A stretch of DNA of 64,000 nucleotides from Octopus vulgaris. Lineage: Eukaryota. The notes below the pieces were generated by a model that saw nothing but the letters and a program-made list of their open reading frames with translations, did not search any database and had not been told where the DNA came from. Shown here piece after piece: positions 54,401-64,000 of this stretch. The DNA lies in NCBI GenBank assembly GCA_951406725.2, contig OX597836.1, positions 15,438,001 through 15,502,000 of the forward strand, read 5' to 3'. Within the stretch, counting starts at the first letter, position 1. Every line of letters starts with the position of its first letter. Both the position numbers and the translations under genes were made by a program.

Positions 54401-55726
54401 CTCTTTCTTCTATTGGCCTGCTCGCTTAGCCAGCGGGAGTAGCGTCATTTGAAGGCTAAAACTATGTGAAGCGCATTGTGACCAGCGATGTGTAGCAACA
54501 TCTGATAGCCTGTGTGTGCACCTTTGTCTAAACATGATGTGACGGTTGTAAATGAGTATTATTATCACCGTAGTACATGCGAGGTTGTCTGTTCCAGTCT
54601 TCCATAAAGAAAAGCATGTTTGGCATTGGAGAGATATTACCTTGCTTGGAATCAGGCGAGGGACGGCGACAGGAAGGGCATCCAAGCTGTAGAAAATCTA
54701 CCTCAACAAATTCCTTCTAACCCATGCAAACATGGAGGAGTGGACGTTAAAGCGTGAATGATGAAGAATGTGTGTTTGTTGTAGCTGTTTTGGGGTACTA
54801 CTTAAGAAGAGTGGTCCCGGTGCGCGCACTCGCGTATCCGCGCTAGCTAGTCGTGACTAGTCGATCCTTACTTTGTGTTTTTGTGTTTTATTTTGTTTTA
54901 AAAAAATTATTTACTTTGTGTTTTTGTGTTTTATTTTCTTTGTTTTAAAAAAATTATTTACTTTGTGTAAAAATTTTTATTTATTTTGCGTTTTATTTAC
55001 TTTGCTAGGAAGTCGTTGTAGGATCGACTAGTTACGACTAGCTAGCACGGATGCGCGAGTACGCGAGTGCGCGCACCGGGACCACTCTTCTTAAGTAGCA
55101 CCCTGTTTTTGTTCCAGTTCAACCTCGATTGAACAGACTTAACATTAAAGACATTCCAGCCAAGGACATCCCTTTGGAAATACAACCGATTATATGTTTT
55201 CTTCCTTAATCTTGGAAGAGATTTTGACTTCTATATCTAGCAGGTCGATCGACCACGTTTAGCTCACTCGACGGCTTGTCTGAGTGTCGTAGTTGCTGGG
55301 GTTATTGTTATTGTTGTTGTTGTCAAAGTTTATAGCCCTAGGTCACTTTGACTTAACAGAACTTATGATCAAAGGGTATTCTAGCAATCATCAAATGCAA
55401 TCTTATTCGTTATCCACGCCTTTTCATTGCTCAATGTAGTAGTAGAGTGTTGTTCGACGGGGTGGATTTTGGCTACGGTTTCCAACGGATGGAGCAACTA
55501 GGCAGCAGTTTCTTCGTTGGTAGAAGTCCCGATATGAGTATGAGGCAGCGCAATTGACAGATAAGTCCATGTGTGAATACAAACCAGTAAGTTTGTGTGT
55601 GTGTGTGTGTGTGTGTGTAATAAACATCACATAGATTTAATATATAATTTAAAACAAACGTATGTATAGTGGAGTATACAATGTGTGCACTTCTGAAAGT
55701 GCAATCGTTACTGGTGAGTGTATGTA

Positions 55727-55778
<52 letters not shown>

Positions 55779-55935
55779 GGTCCCGGGTTGAGTCGGGGTT
55801 AACCACAGTAAATAAGGTACTCAATACATTGCAGAGTAAAGTAATTTATTTTATAGAAGGAGCTTCTACAGGACTAGAACTGTTTCGTTCAGAGCTTCCT
55901 GAAGATTTCATCTGAATGAAACAGTTCTAATTGCC

Positions 55936-55983
<48 letters not shown>

Positions 55984-56218
55984 ATGTGTCAAACATGACT
56001 AGACGAAGCTAACCTGCCATTGTGTACGCGTGGGAATTTAAGAGCTGAAAACAAGATTAAAGTAAAGTCTAGACAGATTAATGCATGTGTGTGTGTGTAT
56101 AGTGTGTATAGACACATACACACACACAACACACTAACACGCTAATCAATGTAAATACATATAGTTTAATTTGAAGATATCAAGTACATTAAGCTAGTTC
56201 CCTATACTGACTATATAC

Positions 56219-56273
<55 letters not shown>

Positions 56274-58286
56274 AGCATTCCTGAGGAATTACCCCTCCCA
56301 CTTGGTCGTATTGAAAAATAAATAAACAAACAAACCGACAGACACACAGACATCGAAATGCAACTCTGACACACAAATATACTCATTCACATATATGTTT
56401 TGTTTGCACAGGAGTGAATGAATGAAACTTTTTCCTTTGTTAGCATTTCCTCAAGGAATCAATGGACATTGCATGTCTGTGCCTGATCTGTGTGTGTGTG
56501 TGTGTGTGTGATTTAGAAAGAGACGACAAGGTAGTTTTTTTAGACCAAATACTGACGGTATGCGTATATAAAGAGAAGTATACAGGTAGACGGGCGGGAG
56601 GACAAGGATAGGGAGTCAGACAGGACCAGGTAGACAGTAGAAGTTAGGATTGGGTAGACTAAGGGACAGGCCAGACTAGGTAAACAGTCTGGGCACCGAG
56701 AATTTGGTAGACAAGCGGTCAGACACGATTAGGTAGGTAGACAGGGAAGAAAATTTGGTAGACATGGAGAGAGAGCGAAAACTAGGTAGACAGACAGGAG
56801 TAGGTAGATGAAAAAAATGGACCGGACTAGGTAGAAAGAAGGACGGACAGAGCTATGTAGACAGATGAGCAGACAGGTGAAGGGAGGAGGCGGGACTAAA
56901 TAGACAGACAATCAAGGTTAAGTAGTCAGAGGTAGACAGGTCTAAGTAGACAGACAGATGAACAGAGACGGCTAGGAAGATGGACAGAAAGAGAGGGCTT
57001 AACAGATAGAGTAACAGAATTTGGTAGACAGACGGAGAGGGTTTGGTAGATAGGCATACCGATGGACATAGGTAGACAATCAGATAGATGAAAAGGGCTA
57101 GGTGGACAGATAGTGCTGGACGGACGGTTAACGGACTGACAAGCCTAAATTGAGTGACAAACAGAACCAAGATACACAAAGAGTTGGACGACTACAGGTT
57201 GGTAGACAGACACGAGCGAACTGGACAAAGATAGACTAGGGCAAACTAAGATAGGTAGACAGGTGACGGACAAAACCTGATTAACAGACAACAGGTGGCC
57301 AGACTGACAGAAAAGTCAGGGGACGTTGTTAGTGGGGGTGTGTATAATCAAAATAAACATTTTATATAGACTAACATGGAATGAGGTTCCAAGAAGGAGA
57401 GGACATACAGATCCTTAATCTTCCTCTATTAAGGATTGAGAAGAGAAAGATATACACAAATATCTATAAATTTTGAAAGTGTCGTCTAGTCACACGGATC
57501 AATTAAATATATTACTGGCAAATAATTAATAACAGGAAATGAAGATAGATATATAGATACACACTAGTATAATATACATATATTAAAGTGTGTGTGAGTG
57601 TGTGTAAAAATGTATGTATAAATTCCCATACATAAATATAACGAGATTTATTTAGAATTTACACACGAGGATAAATATATATAGGAAATAAAATCAGATG
57701 TTCATATAAAGCATTTCTTTTCGAACATTAAGACAACCGATGTTAAGGAACAGAGACGGTTTCGAAATCGGGTCGCGCCGTCATTTAATTACAACTATTT
57801 ATTCCAAAATCTTAAGCTCGAATTTAACAGGAAATGCCACCAGACACGGCAAATGTATAGCAAATATTTATATAGGCCTATATATATATCTTTGCAGTGA
57901 TGTTTATATTATATTCTCGACTTTATTTTTCATTTTGTTTTTTGACATTCTTTTGGTTAAAGTCATTATCGTGATACTCTAACCAAAATTGTCTTGTTTT
58001 TTAATTATTGCAATGTACAAAAGCCTACGCGCACTTGCTTTTAATTATATATATATATATATTGCAACTGTTAAGTTTTTACGCTAGTTAGGTCGAATGA
58101 TAGATAGTATTACAGGTAGTTAAATGGAAACCTTTTTTTTTTAAACAAAACATTCGCTATGAATTAGTTTTTCCCTTCGCACACTTGTGAAATAAATTTG
58201 GAAAGATAACATTTTTTTCTTTTTCTCGACCTCCGATTATTCTAAATTTGTGAGAACATCTCGCCCCTTTAAAGCTTCGCACACAC

Positions 58287-58331
<45 letters not shown>

Positions 58332-59412
58332 CTTTACTACCCACAGGGGCTAAACACAGAGGGAACAAACAAGGACAGACAAATGGATTAAGTCGATTAC
58401 ATCGACCCCAGTGCGTAACTGGTACTTAATTTATCGACCCCCGAAAATGTATGTATACGCACGCGCGCATATATATTATATATATTTATATATATATAGT
58501 TGTACTTCAGTTATTTCAAGAGGAATGTAGTCGTTCTAAGTGTTAGAAATAGCAGCTAAAACTCTTTCAAAACACACTCTAGGTGTCTTCTAGGAAGGAG
58601 GAAACATTAGTAAACAATCGTGTGTATGTGTGAGTGCGCGTGTATATGCATGCATGTATGTATGTATGTATGTGTGTATGTATGTATGCACATTTATACA
58701 AGGAGAAAAGAAAGATGGTCTGACTGATCACAACTGGAATGTTTTTGATAGATACTTTACGATAAGCTCAGGGTTAAACAACAACTCTGGCACATTCGGA
58801 TGCGTATCAGTTTCTAGGCCCACATCTGATATTTTTTTTCTGTTCATTTGTTGTTTGTTTTGTTTTGGGCTTTTTTTCTTTTTCTTTTTTTCTTTCGCAA
58901 TTAAAAAAAACAACTTAAGTCTGTTCTTGTTTCCCAGTCTTCAGGTCAGCCCTGATGGCGTAGATAGATGCATGATCGAAGCCGTTCCAACCGTAACAGT
59001 CCCGGCTTTTTTTAATTTTTTTTATGTGTATGAATAAATAGTAAAGGCTTACATCCATCATCAAATAACTCCTTTTTCCTTTCACCCTCATTTTTTTTTT
59101 TTTTTTTTTTTAAAGAACCCGTGTGTGATTCGGGAGGGAGGGATTTAGCTGTTATTTAGCTGTTGTTTCTAGCAGATCAACTGACCTGCTCGCTCAGCTA
59201 AAGCAAAGAATAAATTTTTAAAAAAAACACAAAAAAAAAACGGTGAAGAAACGAAAGAAAGAAGAATAAAAGGATGCAAAAAGAAGACGAAATGATGATT
59301 ACTCACCGATCAGGCCCCCAATTAAGAAGAATATAACCAAAGCAATGAACAGGCATATCCCTAGAAAGGATAGCTTTCTCCAACTTAAAGTTTCCAGAAC
59401 CACTCCGGTCAT
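24959..59412 (-). CDS. wls: Wntless (Wls/Evi/GPR177) Wnt cargo receptor; 13 coding exons, 1638 nt, 545 aa
   Basis: Thirteen exons joined by hand with GT-AG ends and consistent phases give one ORF: [14 protein letters not shown]...[85 protein letters not shown]. Confidence 0.95.
25140..25565. mobile_element. Non-coding interspersed repeat embedded in (TAA)n; inverted copy at 33935..34500
   Basis: The two copies are reverse complements over about 420 nt; each is bounded by TAA/TTA repeats on both sides. Confidence 0.75.
25718..25915 (+). mobile_element. Dong/R4-clade RT fragment next to (TAA)n
   Basis: Translates [38 protein letters not shown] (R4-type EQKGC...GTKDQL motif). Confidence 0.7.
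26479..26562 (-). CDS. wls: wls coding exon 12 ([10 protein letters not shown]...YAPSHK)
   Basis: CAG|GA acceptor, G|GTAACT donor. Confidence 0.88.
27052..27205 (-). CDS. wls: wls coding exon 11 ([14 protein letters not shown]...SAFFT)
   Basis: CAG acceptor, G|GTAAGG donor. Confidence 0.93.
27275..27498. mobile_element. Mariner-type MITE
   Basis: TIRs GGGGTGCTGAAAAGTTCCTGGCT / AGCCAGGAACTTTTCAACAACCCC, ending at TA. Confidence 0.75.
27847..27885 (+). ncRNA. Degenerate minimal type I hammerhead ribozyme (Penelope-type)
   Basis: CAGA-CTGATAA-AGGG caacta CTCT-GAAA-CTAG-TT-TCTG: stems I and II, palindromic stem III ACTAGT; G8 is replaced by A. Confidence 0.5.
28531..28674 (-). CDS. wls: wls coding exon 10 ([15 protein letters not shown]...RRKYYQ)
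   Basis: CAG acceptor preceded by TTCCTTAAC; donor GTAACA. Confidence 0.92.
28675..30809 (-). other. U12-type (minor spliceosome) GT-AG intron of wls
   Basis: Donor GTATCCTTT (30809..30801); branch site TTCCTTAAC (28693..28685) 10 nt before the exon; no long polypyrimidine tract. Confidence 0.9.
28737..29151. mobile_element. MITE with about 30-bp TIRs, 8-bp TSD and internal (CCCTAA)3
   Basis: GGATCTTTTCGGTTTGAACGGCAGTTTTTT / AAAAAACTGCCATTCAAACCGAAAAGATCC; TSD GATGCATG at 28729-28736 and 29152-29159. Confidence 0.88.
30810..30873 (-). CDS. wls: wls coding exon 9 ([21 protein letters not shown])
   Basis: Hand-translated; TTGCAG acceptor, GTATCC donor. Confidence 0.92.
31517..31614 (-). CDS. 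wls: wls coding exon 8 (DQMDRNRI...FVFEMCER)
   Basis: Hand-translated; TAG acceptor, GTAAGA donor. Confidence 0.92.
33773..33900 (-). CDS. wls: wls coding exon 7 (PIEWMTL...DIRQG...GEHMI)
   Basis: CTGCAG acceptor, GTGAGT donor. Confidence 0.93.
35032..35072 (-). CDS. wls: wls coding exon 6 (41 nt; [13 protein letters not shown])
   Basis: TTTTACAG acceptor, GTAAGT donor; fills the protein gap and bridges phases 2 and 1. Confidence 0.88.
35480..35820 (+). mobile_element. SINE/RTE-related repeat with (GAT)n tail (also 50520..50930, 42140..42280)
   Basis: GCCGGTGGCACGTAAAAAGCACC internal repeats, GGAAGGGCATCCAGC, tail GGATGTTAAATGATGATGAT. Confidence 0.7.
36652..36788 (-). CDS. wls: wls coding exon 5 ([12 protein letters not shown]...PNLLER)
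   Basis: TTTCAG acceptor, GTGAGC donor. Confidence 0.93.
37946..38101 (-). CDS. wls: wls coding exon 4 ([19 protein letters not shown]...DIWVV)
   Basis: TTTTTCAG acceptor, GTGAGT donor. Confidence 0.92.
38455..38748 (-). mobile_element. Non-autonomous Helitron copy
   Basis: Same family as 9197..9591. Confidence 0.8.
38780..39087 (+). mobile_element. Mariner transposase C-terminal fragment
   Basis: HHDNTPTH...[25 protein letters not shown]...[17 protein letters not shown]. Confidence 0.85.
39582..39712 (-). CDS. wls: wls coding exon 3 ([15 protein letters not shown]...[11 protein letters not shown])
   Basis: TATAG acceptor, GTAGGT donor. Confidence 0.92.
40484..40777 (-). CDS. wls: wls coding exon 2 ([17 protein letters not shown]...ENHPM)
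   Basis: TTTTTCAG acceptor, GTAAGT donor. Confidence 0.93.
41450..41790 (+). mobile_element. tRNA-headed SINE (further family)
   Basis: A box TGGCTCAGTGG, B-box-like GCTCGAATCCC, then GTGTTCTCAAGCAAGACACTTT body. Confidence 0.7.
42286..42512. mobile_element. piggyBac-type MITE
   Basis: TTAA|CCCTTTAG...CTAAAGGG|TTAA, inserted at the TTAA of a repeat tail; related decayed copies at about 47155..47735. Confidence 0.75.
44440..44890 (+). mobile_element. CR1-type LINE 3' end with (CTAA)n tail (shorter copy 49720..49918)
   Basis: [25 protein letters not shown]...[13 protein letters not shown]; the 3' UTR is shared between the two copies. Confidence 0.88.
45700..46560 (+). repeat. Tandem pair of 5'-truncated SINEs with shared flank
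   Basis: Both start ...ATAAACTGAATATATGTGTG...TGTGGTATGTAGCTTG and share the variant CCAGGTTCATTCCC. Confidence 0.75.
51530..51810. repeat. Two diverged tandem units of about 130 bp
   Basis: AATGTAAAGTTCTCAAAT...ATAAAGTTGT...TTTCAGGAA...AAGATGCCA occurs twice. Confidence 0.7.
52421..53093. mobile_element. RTE/RTE-X-like LINE 3' fragment with inverted 5' part and 9-bp TSD
   Basis: Minus 52680..52430 VENFKYFG...RKALAW...ATVESVL; plus 52681..53084 [18 protein letters not shown]...LAGHC; TSD AATAAAAAG at 52421 and 53085. Confidence 0.82.
53690..54125 (-). mobile_element. CORE-type SINE, full-length copy (others 36915..37240, 44030..44340, 49325..49720, 63495..63915)
   Basis: Complete head GCAGGAGTGGCTGTGTGG through tail GAAACAAGTAAAAGAG. 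Confidence 0.85.
54794..55102. mobile_element. Fold-back MITE with about 75-bp TIRs
   Basis: GGTACTACTTAAGAAGAGTGGTCCCGGTGCGCGCACTCGCG... / ...CGCGAGTGCGCGCACCGGGACCACTCTTCTTAAGTAGCACC; flanks CTGTTTTGG / CTGTTTTTG. Confidence 0.85.
56570..57320. repeat. Degenerate purine-rich (GACA/GGTA) satellite
   Basis: Recurrent GGTAGACAG / GACTAGG motifs. Confidence 0.75.
59307..59412 (-). CDS. wls: wls coding exon 1 ([35 protein letters not shown])
   Basis: Hand-translated; ATG at 59412 in AACATG context; donor G|GTGAGT; phase 1 joins exon 2 to give GGLIAP. Confidence 0.92.
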
Positions 59413-60359
59413 GTTGCAGGGTCTTGCCTATGTATTTAATAATAATAATATTTATATATATATATATAAACAATAATAAATCTCTGGGCGATCTTATATA
59501 TAAGTGTGTGTGTGTATTATTTATCACCACCGACTATATCCTTTATAGTTCACTATTCCGATATATATATATCTATATGTATATATCGTTTTGCCAGAAA
59601 TTCTCTTAGATAGTCATCTGTCTGTATCTGTGTTGAGTATATATATGCATAAATATATCATATATAGTTATCACCACTATTTATTGCAGATATACATCTA
59701 CATATCAAGGTACTAAGAGGATTGATATTGATATCTGCACGTGTATACATATATATATCCTTGCTTTTCGGAGATAGGTGTGTAGATAGATACATAGACA
59801 GACAGATAAGATGTGTATCAAGGAAGATGGTATGTATACAATACAAGACTAAATGTCGGCGAAATAAGTGATCCAAGCGTGTGCCTTTACCCTTGCCAAG
59901 GCAGATCAAAATACGTAATTTAGAAGTAGCGATAATAATAATAATATGAAGAAGAAAAAAGCAAAAAGCGAATCAGAGGGCGAGGCAAGGCAAGGCACGA
60001 CACGGACAGGCAAGTAGTTCAGAGGATATCCAGCCGGAGAAAAGTAGTGGTAAGAGTAGTCTTTGGACGTTGGAGTCGAAAAACTAGTAACTCTCTGTAT
60101 ATACAACTACATATATATATATATATGTAAGTATATAGATAGATATATAAGTATATAGATAGATAGATTATATATATATATATATAATGGAGTATTTACT
60201 CTGTGTATGTGTGGTTATATACTGATATATATAAATATAGAAGCGTTAAAAAGTAAGTGGGGGGGGGGGCAAGTGAAGCAACAAAGCGACGGCCGATTAG
60301 CTTCCTTCGGTTGTGCACGTCGTTGGGAATTGTTTGTACCCGATAGCCTTCTCGTGGCG

Positions 60360-60648
60360 CCCTCATCCCCTTTCCCTCCGTTCTCCTCCTCCTCTCTCTT
60401 TCTCTGTCTCTGCCTCTCTGTTTCCTTCTCTCTCTCTCTCCCTCTCTATTTATATATATATTCTTTCTATATTACTTTCTTCCCCCATCCCCCGCACGAA
60501 CACTTTTTTTTCCTTCTACTCTGTCTCCTCCGCTTTATTTTCTGTCATCATTATTTCTCATTTTCAAACTCCTTATTTTTCCATTTTCTCTTTCTTTCCC
60601 ACTTTCTTTCTCACAGCTTTTCTCTGTCTCTCTTTCTCTATCTCCTAC

Positions 60649-60688
<40 letters not shown>

Positions 60689-60779
60689 GTACATATATTT
60701 CTTTCTTTCCATATCACTTCATTATTATCTCTCTGCATTTCTATTAAACTCTACTTTCAAACTCTCTATTTTCCATCTC

Positions 60780-60824
<45 letters not shown>

Positions 60825-62005
60825 TTTCTTACTCAATCTTCCTCTTATTCTTCCTCCCTCTTCTTTTTTCTTACTCCTTTTCCGCCCTTTCATTTTCTTT
60901 TCTAATTTCCCCCTCTACATTTTCCTTGTACCTTTTTTCTCCTTCAGTCTCAATACATCCCCTTTCTCGTCTTTCTTTTCCTCAGACTGCTTTTCTCTCT
61001 ATTTTCTCTCTGTCTCTCACTCTTCCTTTTTCACGATCCTTTTTTTTCTTTCAGTTTCTTCTCATACCAATCTTTCTCCCTTTCTGTCCTTTCATTTTCT
61101 ATTTGCCCCTTTTTCTTTGTCCTAATCTCTTTTCCTTCCTTTCTTTTTCTTAATGTCTTACTCTCTCTACCTTCACCTCTATCCCTATACTGCTCGTCAT
61201 CCTTTCCTCAATCGTTCATCCTCTTTCATTTTCCTCTATTTTTCTTTTTTCTTTCCCTCTTCTCTCTTACCCGTTTCTCCTTTTCGTTTATCTTATAATT
61301 TTCCTTCCTTCCCCTCCTAACTACTTTTACGCAATCTATATCTCTTTTTCTCTCTCATCTTTCTTCTCACATTTCTTCCATTCCACTTTCTTTCTCTCTC
61401 ACTTTCTTTACTTTTTCTTCAGTCCCTGTTCTTTCTCTCTTCCTCCCTCTCCCTCCCTCTCTCTCTCTAGCTCTCTTTCTCTTACAATTTTTACAATCTT
61501 AGAATTCTTTCTGTCTTCTCCCTTTTCTCCTTCCGTCTCTCTCTTTACAAATCCCTTCTCTCACTTTCTTTTACTTTCCTTTGTCTCTCTCATCCTTATC
61601 AATTTTACCTTCAATTCTCCTCCTCTATCCTTCTCTATCCCATGATATATTTCCCTCTTGATTCCCCTATAATTCTCTCTCTCTTTCCCTCTCTCCTTGC
61701 TGGTCTGTATTATTTTCATTTCAATCCACATCTTTCTATCCTACCCACTCTTTTCATCTGACCTTTCTTTTTCACTATTTCGCCCTTCTTCTCTAATATT
61801 CTTCTTCTTTCTCTGTCTCTATCAATTTCTTCTCTCTATTACACTCTCTTTCTCACTACTCCTCTCTCTCCCTTATCTATGCCTGTCTGTCTGTCTATCT
61901 TTATTCTTCGCCTATTTCGCTTTTATTTCTATATATTCTTTCTACTGCCAACTCTCTCTCTCTCTCTCTCAATGTCTTTGTCTTATCTATTTAGCTAGCT
62001 TTCTG

Positions 62006-62064
<59 letters not shown>

Positions 62065-62213
62065 GTCTATCTCTCTCTCTATCTATCTATATCTGTCTGT
62101 CTATCTATCTATCTATATCTATCTATCTATCTATCTATCTGTCTATCTCTCTCTCTATCTATCTATATCTGTCTGTCTATCTATCTATCTATCTATTTAT
62201 CTATATCTATCTG

Positions 62214-62292
<79 letters not shown>

Positions 62293-63245
62293 TTATCTAT
62301 CTATCCATCTGTCAATCTGTTTATCTGTCTATCTATCTATTTATCTATATGGATTCTTAAACATTATACTTCGCTTTTTCTTTTTATATCTTTCCTATAT
62401 TCTTTCTACTTTACTTTAATTTTTGTCTCTCTCCTTCCCTCCCTTCGTCCCTCGCACTCTCTCTCTATTCTTCACATTTTGTGTCACTAATTCTCCCTCC
62501 CTATATGCTCTCTCTTTCTCTACCTCTCTCTCTCTCTTCCTCCCCCTCCCTCGCATTCATTCTTGCGCGCAATAAAAAAAAAAAAAATCAACTGGAAAGT
62601 AGAACGCTTCCATTTCTATCCAAAGGGGACAGGCATGTGCCAGGGCTTGTTTGTCTCGCTTGCTATATATACTTGCTTGCAAACTTGCTTTTTTTTCATT
62701 TTTTAATGATTTTTCTATTTGTTTCACGTTTTACATTTTATATTTTATATATTTTTTCATCTCTGTAGGGGTTGTTTGTCCTGGTATGTTTCTTTTTTTC
62801 CCTTCTTTTTCTTTGAAAAACAAAGATTTGAATGAAAGAAAGAGGGGCGGCCTAGCTGACTTGATTGGTTGGGCGGCTGGCTTACTTGTCTTCAATGATT
62901 TTTCTCCTTCTATATCTTCTACACTTCCCTTTATTTCTCATATATATAACTCTTTCCTTATTCTCCCTTATATCTCCCACCTTTTCTCTCTCTTTTTTCT
63001 TTATCTCTCCCTCTCTTATTCTCCCTTATATCTCCCACCTTTTCTCTCTCTTTTTTCTTTATCTCTCCCTCTCTTCTCCTTCCTTATTCTCCCTTATATC
63101 TCCCACCTTTTCTCTATCTCTTTTCTTTATCTCTCCCTCTCTTCTCCTTCCTTATTCTCCCTTATATCTCCCACCTTTTCTCTCTCCTTTTTCTTTTTCT
63201 TTCTCCTTTTTCTTTATCTCTCCCTCTTTTCTCCTTCCGTCTTTT
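60360..63245. repeat. About 2.9-kb pyrimidine-skewed low-complexity tract with (CT)n, (CTAT)n and a 59-71-bp minisatellite at 62950..63235
   Basis: Plus strand is nearly G-free over long stretches; TTATTCTCCCTTATATCTCCCACCTTTTCTCT occurs four times. Confidence 0.9.
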
Positions 63246-63710
63246 TCGTATCGAGTAAAAATTCTTGCCGACGATGTCGCGTCATGTTTTACTCATTCTT
63301 TCATACTATGACTCGTCCAGACGGTTTATGGAAGAATTACATTCAGCATAAAACCTGAATATTGATGCTTCTCTCACAGAATTTACTGTGCTTAATGTTT
63401 CGACTTTATCTCCATGCATGTATTAAAATAAGTCGCGTTCAAAACTGCCTCAGTCGACTTTGTCTTTCGTTACCCCACAGCCGAAATAACAAATACTCTT
63501 ACTCTTTTACTTGTTTCAGTCATTTGACTGCGGCCATGCTGGAGCACCGCCTTTAATCGAGCAACTCGACCCCGGGGCTTATTCTTTTGTAAGCCCAGTA
63601 CTTATTCTATCGGTCTCTTTTGCCAAACCGCTAAGTAACGGGGACATAAACACACCAGCATCGGTTGTCAAGCAATGCTATGGGGACAAACACAGCCACA
63701 CATACACACA

Positions 63711-63750
<40 letters not shown>

Positions 63751-64000
63751 TACGACGGGCTTCTTTCAGTTTCCGTCTACCAAATCCACTCACAAGGCTT
63801 TGGTCGGCCCGAGGCTATAGTAGAAGACACTTGCCCAAGGTGCCACGCAGTGGGACTGAACCCAGAACCATGTGGTTGGTAAACAAGCTACTTACCACAC
63901 AGTCACTCCTGCGCCACAAATATTCATATCTTATTCTCATTCAGTTGATTATATCTAATTTCTTTTCAGTGTTGTATCTCGGGAGGGTCATTATGCTAAT

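Overview
Eukaryotic, AT- and microsatellite-rich DNA; the tRNA-derived SINE families and repeat landscape point to an octopus (inference). There are three real genes: two tandem, intronless CFAP57/WDR65-like ORFs on + (<2..2974, cut by the window edge, and 13295..16666) and a 13-coding-exon wntless (wls) gene on - (59412..24959, 545 aa when spliced by hand). The wls intron at 28675..30809 has textbook U12-type (minor spliceosome) signals. Between the CFAP57 copies lies a nested mobile-element block: a 28 x 76-bp CpG-rich tandem array, a (TAA)n tract joined to a Dong/R4 retrotransposon 3' end, a Ty3/gypsy remnant (LTR, tRNA-Asp PBS, intact -1 frameshift pseudoknot), a Helentron-type element and tandem Helitrons. 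The rest is SINEs, LINE fragments (CR1, RTE-X-like with a twin-priming inversion, CRE-like), MITEs, Penelope-type hammerhead relics and simple repeats. No CRISPR array, rRNA or true tRNA gene is supported, and most short ORFs in the track are repeat artefacts. No clearly new biological system could be established; the best candidates are the intronless CFAP57 pair and the 76-bp array/Dong unit.
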